From positions 38,937 to 102,936 of the forward strand of contig DHJC01000073.1 in NCBI GenBank assembly GCA_002404155.1: DNA of 64,000 bases, given 5' to 3'. Source of the DNA: Chloroflexi bacterium UBA4730 (GTDB lineage: Bacteria; Chloroflexota; Limnocylindria; P2-11E). Every line of letters begins with the position of its first letter. Position 1 is the stretch's first letter. Below, piece by piece: positions 26,750 to 36,287 of the stretch. Made by a program: the position numbers and the translations under genes. The notes beneath the pieces were generated by a model, which saw only the letters and a list, made by a program, of their open reading frames with translations, had not been told where the DNA came from and did not search any database.

Positions 26750-29239
26750 ATGCTGGACCCGCGCGTGCAACCTACCTCCCCTGAGCCGCCCGGTCTGACC
26801 ACGGCGGAGGCGCGGCTGCGGCTCGCGCGCTCCGGACCGAACGAGCTGGTCCCGCCAGCCCGTCCGCCTGGCGCGCTCACGTGGCTGCGCCGGGTCATCA
26901 CGGATCCGATGGTCGTGCTGTTGCTCGTCGCGGGCGCCGTGTACGCCAGCGTCGGGGACTACGGCGACGCGGCGGTCAGCCTGATCGCGCTCGTCGCGAT
27001 CACCGCGGTGAGCGTGGTCCTCGAGCTGCGGACCGAGCGCGCCCTCGAGGCGCTGCAGCGGCTCACCAGCCCGGTCGCCGCGGTCTGGCGCGATGGCCAG
27101 CTCCGCACGATCGCGGCGAGCGAGATCGTACCGGGCGATCGCATCGTCCTTCGGGAAGGCGACGTCATCCCGGCGGACGCGGCGCTCGTCGCGGACGGGC
27201 GGCTGATGGTCGACGAGTCGTCGCTCACCGGCGAGTCCCATCCGGTCGACAGGGAGCGCGACGAGGCGGCGTGGGCGGGGACGACGGTCCTCTCGGGCCG
27301 CGCCGACGCCGTCGTCGTCGAGACGGGCGCGCGAACGCGCTATGGGAAGATCGGCGTGCTCGTCGCGGGGATCACCGAGCCCCCCACACCGCTGCAGCGC
27401 GGGATCCGCCGGTTCGTCACATCGCTCGGCGTCGTCGCGGGCGTCGCTTCCGTCTTGGTCATCGCCGTCGAGCTCGCCCACGGGGCCGGCTGGGCGGCCG
27501 CGATCGTCGCCGGCATCTCGCTCGCGATGGCGGCGATCCCCGAAGAGTTCCCGATGGTCTTCGCGCTCTACCTCGCTCTCGGCGCGTGGCGTCTCGCGCG
27601 GGATCACGCACTCATCCGCCGGCTGGCGAAGGTCGAGACGCTCGGCTCGACGACGGTCATCGCGACGGACAAGACGGGCACGCTCACCGCCGGCCGGCTC
27701 GAGCTGCGCGCCCTCGCATCGGCCGACGGACACATCGTCGACGGCACCGAGCGCGTGGCGCTCCTCGAGGCCGCGACCCTCGCGAGCGAGCCGAGCGGAC
27801 ACGATCCGTTCGACGCGGCGATCCTCCGCCACGCCGCCGGCGTCGCCGCCGGCGAGCTCGTCGCGAGCTATCCGTTCGACCCGAGGGGCAGGCACACCGT
27901 GCAGGTGTGGCGTCGCGACGGCCGGCTCGAGTCGTACGCGAAGGGCGCGCTCGAGCCGATGCTCGACCGGACCGCGGCGAGCCCGGTCGTGCGGGCCGGC
28001 GCCGAAACGGCGAACGCCGGCTTCGCGGATCGCGGCATGCGGATCCTCGCGCTCGCCTCGGGTGCGCCGGCGACCGGCACGACGCGCGCGGACGCCGAGG
28101 CCGGACTGCGGTTCCTGGGACTGATCGCGTTCGCGGACCCGGTCCGCGAGGGGGTGCGCGAGGCGCTCGACGAGTGCCGATCCGCCGGCATCCGGGTCGT
28201 CATGATCACCGGCGACCACCCGGCCACGGCGCGGGCCGTGGCGCGCGATCTCGGCCTCGCCGGCGCCGACCGGGTCCTGACCGGCGAGCAGCTCACGCTC
28301 CTGTCCGGCGACGAGCGCGCACGAGCCGTCGGGGACGTCACGGTGTTCGCGCGGATCGAGGCCGCGCAGAAGTACGAGCTCGTGCGCGCGCTGCACGCGC
28401 GCGGCGCGGTCGTGGCGATGACCGGCGACGGCACGAACGACGCGCCCGCGCTCCGGGAGGCCGACATCGGCATCGCGATGGGCCGCCGCGGCACCGAGGT
28501 CGCTCGCTCGGCCGCGACGATGGTCCTCCTCGACGACAACTTCGCGACGATCGTTCGCTCGATCCGCGACGGCCGGCGCATCTTCGAGAACCTCCGCCGC
28601 GCGTTCTCCTATCTGATCGCGTTCCACATCCCGCTGCTGCTCGCTGCGGTCACAATCCCGTTCCTCGGCGCGCCGCTGCTCTTGCTGCCGGTGCATCTCG
28701 TCTGGCTCGAGATCGTCGTGCACCCGACGTCGTCGCTCGTCTTCGAGGCCGACCCGCCGCCGCCCGACATCATGCGGCGGCCCCCTCGGACGTCGTCCGC
28801 CGCGGAGCTCATCACCCTTGCCGACCTTCGACGGCCGGCGCTCCTCGGCGCCACGCTGACCGTGGCGGTGCTGGGGCTCTACCTCGCCGACCTGGGGCGC
28901 GGCTCGCAGGTCGAGCACGCGCGGGCCCTCGCCCTCACCGCGCTCCTCTGCGGCCAGCTCCTGCTTGTGCTCGTCACGCGATCGCCGCAGCGGGCGTTCT
29001 GGCGCACCCCGGCCGCGGGGAACCGCGCGCTGCCGCTCGTCGTCGGTGGTGCGGCAGTGTCGCTCGTCGCGGTGCTGCAGGTTCCCGTGTTCGCCCGCTT
29101 CTTCGAGGTGGCCCCGCTCGATCCGCTCGAGTGGGCGGCGGCGCTCGGCATCGCGGTCCTCGCGACCCTCTGGTCCGAGCCGCTGAAGCGGTCAGCGCCC
29201 GGCGGGCAGGACCCGGGAGCGGCCGCGCTCGGCGAGTAG
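26750..29239 (+). CDS. Cation-transporting P-type ATPase (P2-type, CtpF-like)
   Basis: GLTTAEA..RL...GPNEL, DESSLTGES, IPEEFP, DKTGTLT, KGALE, DPVR, ITGDH, MTGDGTNDAPAL..ADIGIAMG. Confidence 0.92.
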   Translation: MLDPRVQPTSPEPPGLTTAEARLRLARSGPNELVPPARPPGALTWLRRVITDPMVVLLLVAGAVYASVGDYGDAAVSLIALVAITAVSVVLELRTERALEALQRLTSPVAAVWRDGQLRTIAASEIVPGDRIVLREGDVIPADAALVADGRLMVDESSLTGESHPVDRERDEAAWAGTTVLSGRADAVVVETGARTRYGKIGVLVAGITEPPTPLQRGIRRFVTSLGVVAGVASVLVIAVELAHGAGWAAAIVAGISLAMAAIPEEFPMVFALYLALGAWRLARDHALIRRLAKVETLGSTTVIATDKTGTLTAGRLELRALASADGHIVDGTERVALLEAATLASEPSGHDPFDAAILRHAAGVAAGELVASYPFDPRGRHTVQVWRRDGRLESYAKGALEPMLDRTAASPVVRAGAETANAGFADRGMRILALASGAPATGTTRADAEAGLRFLGLIAFADPVREGVREALDECRSAGIRVVMITGDHPATARAVARDLGLAGADRVLTGEQLTLLSGDERARAVGDVTVFARIEAAQKYELVRALHARGAVVAMTGDGTNDAPALREADIGIAMGRRGTEVARSAATMVLLDDNFATIVRSIRDGRRIFENLRRAFSYLIAFHIPLLLAAVTIPFLGAPLLLLPVHLVWLEIVVHPTSSLVFEADPPPPDIMRRPPRTSSAAELITLADLRRPALLGATLTVAVLGLYLADLGRGSQVEHARALALTALLCGQLLLVLVTRSPQRAFWRTPAAGNRALPLVVGGAAVSLVAVLQVPVFARFFEVAPLDPLEWAAALGIAVLATLWSEPLKRSAPGGQDPGAAALGE

Positions 29240-29806
29240 CCGGCGCCAGTCGATGCGGGTGAACAGGACGAGCGCGGCGAGGGCGAGGATCTCGAGCCCG
29301 ATGAGGACGCCGTTGCGCAGCTCGGCGGCGAAGAGATCGCCGAGACGCGTGACCGCGAGGTGCGCCGTGCTCACCCAGAACGTGTAGCTGAGCAACCGGC
29401 CGACGAAGAACGCGCCGACGATCGGGACGAGGTTCGCCGTCGTGAGCCCCGCGGCGATGAAGAGCTGGTTGGAGGGGATCGGGCCGAAGCTGTAGACGAG
29501 CATCGCGACCGGCGCCGCGACCTTGCCCTTCGTATCGATCCACTCGCCGAGCGCGGCGAGGTTCTCGCGCCGGTCGCGGCTGAGGAACCGCCGTCCGCCG
29601 CGGCGGCTCGCGAGGGCCAGCGCGAGGCGTCCCGCGCTGGCGGCGATCGCGCCGCCGATCGCCAGCGGTAGGACCGGCAGCTGGAAGGTGATGGCGAAGA
29701 ACGCGAGGATCGACCAGGTCGGCGGCATGAACGCCGGCGCGAGGTTGATCGCGAAGACGACGACGTAGGCCGCGAGCAGCATGGCCACGTCCTCGACGCT
29801 AGGCAC
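29192..29806 (-). CDS. Hypothetical membrane protein
   Basis: VVFAINLAPAFMPPTW, FGPIPSNQLFIAAG, FFVGRLLSY; 4-5 TM; start may be 29782. Confidence 0.7.
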   Translation of the reverse strand: MPSVEDVAMLLAAYVVVFAINLAPAFMPPTWSILAFFAITFQLPVLPLAIGGAIAASAGRLALALASRRGGRRFLSRDRRENLAALGEWIDTKGKVAAPVAMLVYSFGPIPSNQLFIAAGLTTANLVPIVGAFFVGRLLSYTFWVSTAHLAVTRLGDLFAAELRNGVLIGLEILALAALVLFTRIDWRRLLAERGRSRVLPAGR

Positions 29807-29823
29807 GGGGCCGCCCAGCCGAT

Positions 29824-29839
29824 AGGGCCGGAGGTCGCC
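29824..29839. promoter_or_regulatory. DosR/OsdR-like box (AGGGCCGGAGGTCGCC)
   Basis: Recurrent motif just upstream of the membrane protein gene. Confidence 0.6.
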
Positions 29840-29927
29840 CGCGGTCAGGGTCGAACGGGGGGTGGACGGCAGCGAACGGCCGCGCCGGCGGATCGCCGGC
29901 GCGGCCGGGGCCCGGGGTGAGAGGGGG

Positions 29928-30596
29928 TCAGTGGATGACGGCGAGCTTGTTCGTCAGATCCTTGACGCCACGGGTCGCCCACGTGATCGTCTCGGCCTCA
30001 CGGACGATCCGGTACGTCGGGACGCGGCCCTGCAGGATCACGATGCCGTTGTTGACGGCAACGTCGAGGTGCTCGAACGGGAACCGGCGCATGAGCGCGG
30101 CCTTCAACTCGTCGTGGATCTCCGTGTCCGTCCGGATGGGCGGCGCGAGCACGATGTGGTTGTTCACGCTGACGACGCCGAGCAGGTGGGCGACGGCGTC
30201 GGCCACGGCCTTCCGCTGGTACCAGTAGTCGACCGTGCCCTTGAGCGTGACCACGCCGTTGCGGACGATGGACTCGATCTTCTCCTCGGGGACCGTCACG
30301 TCCCACTCGAGGGCGTTGCGGACCGCCCGGGCGATCGCGGTATCGTCACGCGGCGCGCCGACGAGCGCGACGGTGAGCTTGTTCGCCACGTCCTTGACAC
30401 TCGGGACCATGGACGCGATGTCCGCGGCCTCGCCGACCTTGAGGTAGCTCGAGACTGTCCCGGTGAGGGTGACGATCCCGTCGTCGACCTCGACACCGAT
30501 CTCTGCGGGCTTGAAGTAGAAGTCGCGCTCGATGTCAGCGAGTACGTCGAGCTGGATCTGCTTGTCGGTCTTGGAGCGAGTCTGCGTGATGGTCAT
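29928..30596 (-). CDS. Triple-BON-domain (OsmY-like) protein (BON 1)
   Basis: Three D..I...V...L...V.V.DGIVTLTG.V...A....GV..V.N.L repeats. Confidence 0.9.
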   Translation of the reverse strand: MTITQTRSKTDKQIQLDVLADIERDFYFKPAEIGVEVDDGIVTLTGTVSSYLKVGEAADIASMVPSVKDVANKLTVALVGAPRDDTAIARAVRNALEWDVTVPEEKIESIVRNGVVTLKGTVDYWYQRKAVADAVAHLLGVVSVNNHIVLAPPIRTDTEIHDELKAALMRRFPFEHLDVAVNNGIVILQGRVPTYRIVREAETITWATRGVKDLTNKLAVIH

Positions 30597-30600
30597 CGCC

Positions 30601-31044
30601 TTATCCCTTCGCTTTGACTTGCACGCGCGCGGGCTTGGTGACCTCGGCCTTGGGCATCGTGACGGTGAGGATGCCATCGGCCTGGACGGCGTCGATCTGC
30701 GCGGGGCTGATCGGCAGCGGCAGCGCGAAGCTCCGCTTGAAGACGCCGGCCTGACGCTCCTGGCGGAGGTAGGTCGCGTCCGTGATGGTCGCCTCGCTCT
30801 TGTACTCGCCGGCGATGCTGACGCTGTCGGCCGTCGCCGTGATGTCGATGTCCTCCGGCTTGATGCCGGGGAGCGATGCCTTGAGCATGTATGCGTCCGT
30901 CGTCTCGCTCAGATCGACCGCGAACGTCGTGGATGGTCCTTCGAACAGCCCGAACGGCCAGACCATGCTCTCCTCGACGATGCGGTCCAGGGCCTCGCGC
31001 AACGACATGAAATCGCGCTTGATCGGGGTCGGTGCGAGCTTCAT
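30601..31044 (-). CDS. Hsp20/alpha-crystallin small heat-shock protein
   Basis: VDLSET.DAY.LKASLPGIKPEDIDI, ERQAGVFKRSFALP, DGILTVTMPK. Confidence 0.93.
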   Translation of the reverse strand: MKLAPTPIKRDFMSLREALDRIVEESMVWPFGLFEGPSTTFAVDLSETTDAYMLKASLPGIKPEDIDITATADSVSIAGEYKSEATITDATYLRQERQAGVFKRSFALPLPISPAQIDAVQADGILTVTMPKAEVTKPARVQVKAKG

Positions 31045-31151
31045 GGAACGATTCTCCTTTCGGTGGGCTCCACCTCGCGATCCATCGATCGCGGGCCATC
31101 CTTCAGGGTCGCTCGCTGAGCACCGATCCGCGAGGGTCGTTACGCCCGAAG

Positions 31152-31637
31152 TCAGAGGGCCTTCGACACCATCGCGCTGCGCGGGGCGTCGACGCGCGCC
31201 GGACGCCCGCTGAGGAGCCGACGACGCGACGGATCGCGCACCGTGACGTCCCGCCGGGCCTTCTCGACGGCGTCCCTGAAGAGCGGCGCCATCGTCCGCG
31301 CAACCTTGCGCGCGTGCGCCGCGCTCGGGAGCCGGGAGACGTCGGGCGCCAGATTCACCGAGCGGTACGGGCCGACCTCGGGCAGCTCGATCGGGTACGC
31401 CGCGTAGTCGCGGCCGCTCATCTGGATCGTCGGGGGAAAGCGGTCATCCGGCGGGAAGGCCAGCGCGTTCAAGGTCCACGGCGTGATCAGGATGAGCGTC
31501 GGCGTATCGCCTGCCATGCCGGCGTCGACGACCTCGACCTTGAGCTGCGGGTTGGTCGTCGGGTCGAGCAGGAACACCGAATGATGGATCCGTTCGAACG
31601 CCTGGCCTACGCGGCCGGCGAGATCGACCTCGGGCAT
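31152..31637 (-). CDS. hybE: [NiFe]-hydrogenase assembly chaperone, HybE/HupJ-like
   Basis: F.RI....FLLDP..NPQLKVEVV...LILITPWTLN and C-terminal SRRRLL; divergent from the hydrogenase operon. Confidence 0.7.
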   Translation of the reverse strand: MPEVDLAGRVGQAFERIHHSVFLLDPTTNPQLKVEVVDAGMAGDTPTLILITPWTLNALAFPPDDRFPPTIQMSGRDYAAYPIELPEVGPYRSVNLAPDVSRLPSAAHARKVARTMAPLFRDAVEKARRDVTVRDPSRRRLLSGRPARVDAPRSAMVSKAL

Positions 31638-31671
31638 GGCCCGACCGTAGGGAGAGACCGCCGACCGCAGT

Positions 31672-31709
31672 AGGGCCTGAGGTCCCGCATTTCGGGGCCG
31701 GACGGCCCT
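31672..31709. promoter_or_regulatory. Two DosR/OsdR-like boxes (31672-31687 AGGGCCTGAGGTCCCG; 31694-31709 GGGGCCGGACGGCCCT) in the hybE/hydrogenase divergent promoter
   Basis: Recurrent motif. Confidence 0.7.
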
Positions 31710-31782
31710 CTCACGACTGACCAGTTAGTCAGGAACATGGCCGTCATGGGGGTCGCCGCAACGGGCCCCACCCGGAGGCAGC

Positions 31783-32883
31783 ATGGCCACCCTCCTCGAG
31801 CGCCTTGAGGCGAACGGGATCTCGCGTCGCTCCTTCCTCACCTACTGCGCATCCCTCACCACCATGCTCGCGCTCCCCGCGAGCTTGACCCCGCAGATCG
31901 CGAACGCGCTGTCCAAGGTCGACAAGCCAAGCATCATCTGGCGCGAGTTCCAGGACTGTGCCGGCAACACGGAATCGTTCCTGCGCTCCCGCAACCCGGG
32001 CGTCGCCGACCTCATCCTCGATCTCCTCTCCGTCGACTACCACGAGACGATCATGGCCGCGGCCGGCCGGCAGGCCGAGGCGGCAAGCGACGCGGCCGCG
32101 AAGAAGGGCGGTTACATCCTCGTCGTCGAGGGCTCGGTGCCGCTCAAGGACGACGGCGTGTACTGCACGATCGCCGGCAAGACCGCGAAGCAGCATCTCG
32201 AGGAACTCTCGAAGGGCGCCGCGGCCATCGTGAACGTGGGCACCTGCTCGAGCTACGGGGGCATTCCCGCGGCGAACCCGAATCCGACCGGCGCCGTGGG
32301 CGTGCCATCGCTCGTGTCGAACGTCCCGATCGTGAACCTGCCCGGGTGCCCGGCGAACGCGGACAACATCACCGCGACGTTCGTCCACTACCTGACCTTC
32401 GGGTCGCTGCCGGCGCGCGATCAGCTCGGCCGGCCGCTGTTCGCGTACGGCGAGCGCATCCACGACTCGTGCGAGCGGCGCGCGCATTTCGACGCGGGCC
32501 AGTTCGCGCTCGCGTTCGGCGACGAAGGCCATCGCAAGGGCTGGTGTCTGTACAAGCTCGGCTGCAAGGGACCGAACACGTTCAACAACTGCCCCGCGAT
32601 CCGCTGGAACGGCGGCACGAGCTGGCCGGTCGGCGCCGGTCACGGGTGCGTCGGGTGTTCCGAGCCGGAGTTCTGGGACGCGATGGGTCCGCTCTACCAG
32701 CACCTGCCCAATGTTTCCGGCTTCGGCGTGGAGGCGACCGCCGACCAGTTCGGCGTCGCGCTCGTCGGCGCCACCGCCCTCGCCTTCGCGGCGCACGGCG
32801 TCGCGAAGTACGCCCAGCACCGCATCACAGCCGAGCCAGCCGCGCAGCCGGTCGCGGCGGGCCAGCCCACCGAGGAGGACTAG
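31783..32883 (+). CDS. hyaA: Group 1 [NiFe]-hydrogenase small subunit, Tat-exported, C-terminal membrane anchor
   Basis: SRRSFLTYC Tat signal; FQDCAGNTES, VGTCSSYGG, PGCP, IHDSCERR, WCLYKLGCKGP, NNCP..RWN..TSWPVGAGHGCVGC; C-terminal TM. Confidence 0.95.
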   Translation: MATLLERLEANGISRRSFLTYCASLTTMLALPASLTPQIANALSKVDKPSIIWREFQDCAGNTESFLRSRNPGVADLILDLLSVDYHETIMAAAGRQAEAASDAAAKKGGYILVVEGSVPLKDDGVYCTIAGKTAKQHLEELSKGAAAIVNVGTCSSYGGIPAANPNPTGAVGVPSLVSNVPIVNLPGCPANADNITATFVHYLTFGSLPARDQLGRPLFAYGERIHDSCERRAHFDAGQFALAFGDEGHRKGWCLYKLGCKGPNTFNNCPAIRWNGGTSWPVGAGHGCVGCSEPEFWDAMGPLYQHLPNVSGFGVEATADQFGVALVGATALAFAAHGVAKYAQHRITAEPAAQPVAAGQPTEED

Positions 32884-34602
32884 ATGGCCCGCGTCGTCGT
32901 CGATCCGATCACCCGCATCGAGGGACACCTCCGCATCGAGGCCCAGGTAGACGCCGGGAAGATCACCAACGCGTGGTCATCGGGCACGATGTGGCGCGGC
33001 ATCGAGACGATCCTGCACGGGCGCGACCCGCGCGAGGCCTGGTACTTCGCGCAGCGCATCTGCGGGGTCTGCACGACGGTGCACGCGCTCACTTCGGTGC
33101 GAGCGGTCGAGGACGCCCTCGGGATCATCCCGCCGCTCAACGCGATCCTCATCCGCAACCTCATCACGTTGTCACAGTTCGTGCAGGACCACGCCGTCCA
33201 CTTCTACCACCTGCACGCGCTCGATTGGGTCGACATCGTGTCCGCGCTCGACGCGGATCCGGTCGCGACGTCGAAGCTCGCGCAGTCGATCTCCGACTAT
33301 CCGCGCTCGAGCCCGAAGCTCTTCTCCGCGGTCAAGGACCGCCTCACCTCGTTCGTGAAGGCGGGCCGACTCGGACCGTTCGCCAACGGCTACTGGGGCC
33401 ATCCGGCCTACAAGCTCCCGGCCGAGGCGAACCTCATGGCGGTGAGCCATTACCTTGACGCGCTCGACTTCCAGCGCGACTACATCCGCATCCACTCGAT
33501 CCTCGGCGGGAAGAACCCGCACCTCCAGACGTACCTCGTCGGCGGGATGAGCGTGCCGATCGATCCCAACAGCCAGGCCGCGATCAACGCCGGGACGCTC
33601 GCGGAGCTGCGGGTCATCCTGCAGAAGGGCCTCGACTTCGTCACCCAGGCCTACGTCCCGGACCTCATCGCGATCGCCTCCTTCTACACGGACTGGACCG
33701 CGATCGGCGGTGGGCTCGGCAACTACCTCTCGTTCGGCGAGTTCCCGACCGCCGCGACGAACCTCTCGAAGACCGACGCGGGCCTGTTCCTGCCGCGCGG
33801 CCTCGTCCTCGGGAAGGACCTCTCGAAGGTCCTGCCGGTCGATCCGCTCAAGGTCGCCGAGTACATCTCGCACTCCTGGTACTCCTACACGGTCGGCAAC
33901 GACAAACCGCTGCCGCCGTTCGAGGGCGAGACGACGCCGTCGTACACCGGCCCGAAGCCGCCGTACGACCAGCTCGACGTGGCGAGCAAGTACTCCTGGC
34001 TGAAGTCGCCGCGCTACGACGATCGCGCCGTCGAGGTCGGCCCGCTCGCACGGATGCTCGTCGCGTACGCCGCTGGCCACCCGCGGGTGAAGGAGCTCGT
34101 CGGGTACGTGCTCGGCCAGCTCAAGGTCGGCCCGGAGGTGCTCTTCTCGACGCTCGGCCGGACGGCCGCGCGGGGCATCGAGAGTCAGCTCCTCGCGGAA
34201 CAGTCGCTCAAAGTACTCGACCAGCTCGAGGCGAACATCGCCGGCGGGGACCTCCGCGTCCACGACGGCGCGAAGTGGGATCCAGGTACGTGGCCGGCCC
34301 GGGCGCAGGGCTTCGGCCTCCACGAGGCACCGCGCGGCTCGCTCTCGCACTGGGTGACGATCCAGAACACCAAGATCGAGGCCTACCAGATCGTGGTGCC
34401 CTCGACCTGGAACGCCGGCCCGCGCGATGCGAAGGGCCAGCGCGGCGCGTACGAATCCGCGCTCCTGAACACGCCCGTCGCCGATCCGGAGAAGCCGCTC
34501 GAGATCCTCCGCACCGTCCACTCGTTCGACCCGTGCATGGCCTGCGCCGCCCACATCCTCGATCCGCGCGGGAACGAGCTCGTCGAGGTGACGATCGCAT
34601 GA
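32884..34602 (+). CDS. hyaB: Group 1 [NiFe]-hydrogenase large subunit
   Basis: VVDPITRIEGHL, L1 QRICGVCTTVH, EAPRGSLSHW, VVPSTWN, L2 SFDPCMACAAH followed by a cleavable C-terminal tail. Confidence 0.97.
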   Translation: MARVVVDPITRIEGHLRIEAQVDAGKITNAWSSGTMWRGIETILHGRDPREAWYFAQRICGVCTTVHALTSVRAVEDALGIIPPLNAILIRNLITLSQFVQDHAVHFYHLHALDWVDIVSALDADPVATSKLAQSISDYPRSSPKLFSAVKDRLTSFVKAGRLGPFANGYWGHPAYKLPAEANLMAVSHYLDALDFQRDYIRIHSILGGKNPHLQTYLVGGMSVPIDPNSQAAINAGTLAELRVILQKGLDFVTQAYVPDLIAIASFYTDWTAIGGGLGNYLSFGEFPTAATNLSKTDAGLFLPRGLVLGKDLSKVLPVDPLKVAEYISHSWYSYTVGNDKPLPPFEGETTPSYTGPKPPYDQLDVASKYSWLKSPRYDDRAVEVGPLARMLVAYAAGHPRVKELVGYVLGQLKVGPEVLFSTLGRTAARGIESQLLAEQSLKVLDQLEANIAGGDLRVHDGAKWDPGTWPARAQGFGLHEAPRGSLSHWVTIQNTKIEAYQIVVPSTWNAGPRDAKGQRGAYESALLNTPVADPEKPLEILRTVHSFDPCMACAAHILDPRGNELVEVTIA

Positions 34603-35258
34603 CCATCTTGGTGTGGGAGCGCCCGGTCCGTCTCATCCACTGGACGATCTTCATCGCGGTGATCGTCCTCGCGGTGACCGGCTTCTACATCGGCAATCCG
34701 ATCCTCGTGTCAGGCGGCGCGCCGACGGACTTCCTCATGGGGACGTATCGCGCGATCCATGTCGCCGCCGCGTGGGTCTTCGGCGTCGCGGTCGTCGCCC
34801 GACTCATCTGGGCGTTCATCGGCAACCGCTACTCGCGCTGGGACCAGTTCGTCCCGGTGAGCCGGGCGCGCCGCGCCGATATCAAGACCAGTTTCAAGTA
34901 CTACCTGTTCATGCAGCGCGAGACGCCGCCCGGCCCGGGGCACAACCCGCTGGCCGGACTGACGTACCTCGTCCTGTACGCGATGTTCGCGGTGCAGATC
35001 TGGACCGGGCTGGCCCTCGCGTCGCTTGCCGACCCGGGAAGCTTCCTGTGGAGCGTGAGCGGCTGGACGTTCTCGCTCGTGCCGATCCCGACGATCCGAT
35101 TCGTCCACCACCTCATCCTGTGGCTCACCCTCGGCTTCATCGTCCACCACGTGTACTCGGCAACGCTCATCGACGTCGAGGAACGCAGCGGCGTGCTGTC
35201 CTCGATCGTCACCGGGTGGAAGCGCATCCGTCCAGGACAGGCGGGGCAGGCGGAATGA
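34599..35258 (+). CDS. hyaC: Ni/Fe-hydrogenase b-type cytochrome subunit
   Basis: VWERPVRLIHW, RAIH, GHNPLAGLTY, RFVHH...IVHHVY; ATGA overlap. Confidence 0.93.
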   Translation: MTILVWERPVRLIHWTIFIAVIVLAVTGFYIGNPILVSGGAPTDFLMGTYRAIHVAAAWVFGVAVVARLIWAFIGNRYSRWDQFVPVSRARRADIKTSFKYYLFMQRETPPGPGHNPLAGLTYLVLYAMFAVQIWTGLALASLADPGSFLWSVSGWTFSLVPIPTIRFVHHLILWLTLGFIVHHVYSATLIDVEERSGVLSSIVTGWKRIRPGQAGQAE

Positions 35259-35737
35259 CCGCGCCATACCTCGCGCTCGGGCTGGGGAACATCCTCTTCC
35301 AGGACGAGGGCGTCGGCGTCGCGGCCGCGGAGCGACTCGCGGAGCACGAGCTCGACGGCGTCGAGGTGCTGGATGGCAGCACCCTCGGCATTGCGCTCCT
35401 GCCGATGATCGCCGGCCGGCGCGGCCTGGTCGTCCTCGACGCCCTCGCGTCGAGCGCCGCAGAGCCCGGGACGGTCGTGCGCCTCGACGATACCGACATC
35501 GAGCGGCATCGCCGAATGGCGTTCTCGGTGCATCAGATCGATCTGGTCGACGCGCTCCTCGCGGCGGAGCTCAGTGGCTGCGCGCCAAGGTACGTCGCGA
35601 TCGTGGGCCTGGTGCCCGCATCCATCGAGACCGGCTACGGCCTCACGCCCAGGGCGGAGGCCGGGCTCGACGAGATGGTCCGGCGTGCGCTCGAGATCCT
35701 TGCCGAGTGGGGCGTCCGGGAGCGCGTCCGTGCATGA
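35255..35737 (+). CDS. hyaD: Hydrogenase maturation protease
   Basis: LGLGNILFQDEGVG, VLDGSTLG, VLDA, SVHQ. Confidence 0.92.
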   Translation: MTAPYLALGLGNILFQDEGVGVAAAERLAEHELDGVEVLDGSTLGIALLPMIAGRRGLVVLDALASSAAEPGTVVRLDDTDIERHRRMAFSVHQIDLVDALLAAELSGCAPRYVAIVGLVPASIETGYGLTPRAEAGLDEMVRRALEILAEWGVRERVRA

Positions 35738-36041
35738 GCAGGGTCTGTTGGCGAAGGCGGCCGCGCGCCTGCTCGGCGGCGAGCCCGTCCGCGCGATCCG
35801 CGTGTCGATCGGCCCGCGCGCGGACCGCGACGTCGTCGAGATGAGCTGGCCCAACCTCGTCGCCGGGACGCCGCTCGCAGAGGCCGAGGTCACGTTCGCG
35901 GACGTCCGGGACCCGATGGTGTGCCTCGAGTGCGCCGCCGAATACGAGGGCAGCACCCTCGCGAGCTGCCCGGCATGCGGCGGCAACGGCCTGCCGGTCG
36001 GGCTCGCGCCGGACGTCGACGTCGAGGTCGTGGAACGCTGA
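35730..36041 (+). CDS. hypA: Hydrogenase nickel insertion protein HypA
   Basis: GTG start MHE motif; CLEC ... CPACGG zinc site. Confidence 0.85.
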   Translation: MHEQGLLAKAAARLLGGEPVRAIRVSIGPRADRDVVEMSWPNLVAGTPLAEAEVTFADVRDPMVCLECAAEYEGSTLASCPACGGNGLPVGLAPDVDVEVVER

Positions 36042-36274
36042 TGTGCCTCGGGATGATCGGCCGCGTCGAGCGGCGGTGGGACGCGGGCGGCGTGCCGATG
36101 GCCGCGGTCTCACTCGACACCGGCGAGGCCGCGGTGTGCCTGCTGTACGAGCCGGAGGCCGTGGTCGGTGAGCACGTGCTCGTTCAGTTCGGATTCGTCA
36201 TCGAGCGGCTCGACGACGCGCGAGCGGCGGACGCCGTCGCGCTGCGATCGAGCTTCACCTCGCGGAATGCATAA
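36041..36274 (+). CDS. hypC: HypC/HupF-family hydrogenase chaperone
   Basis: MCLGMIGRV...VGEHVLVQFGFVIERLD; TGATG overlap with hypA. Confidence 0.85.
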   Translation: MCLGMIGRVERRWDAGGVPMAAVSLDTGEAAVCLLYEPEAVVGEHVLVQFGFVIERLDDARAADAVALRSSFTSRNA

Positions 36275-36287
36275 GGAGGACCGTGCC

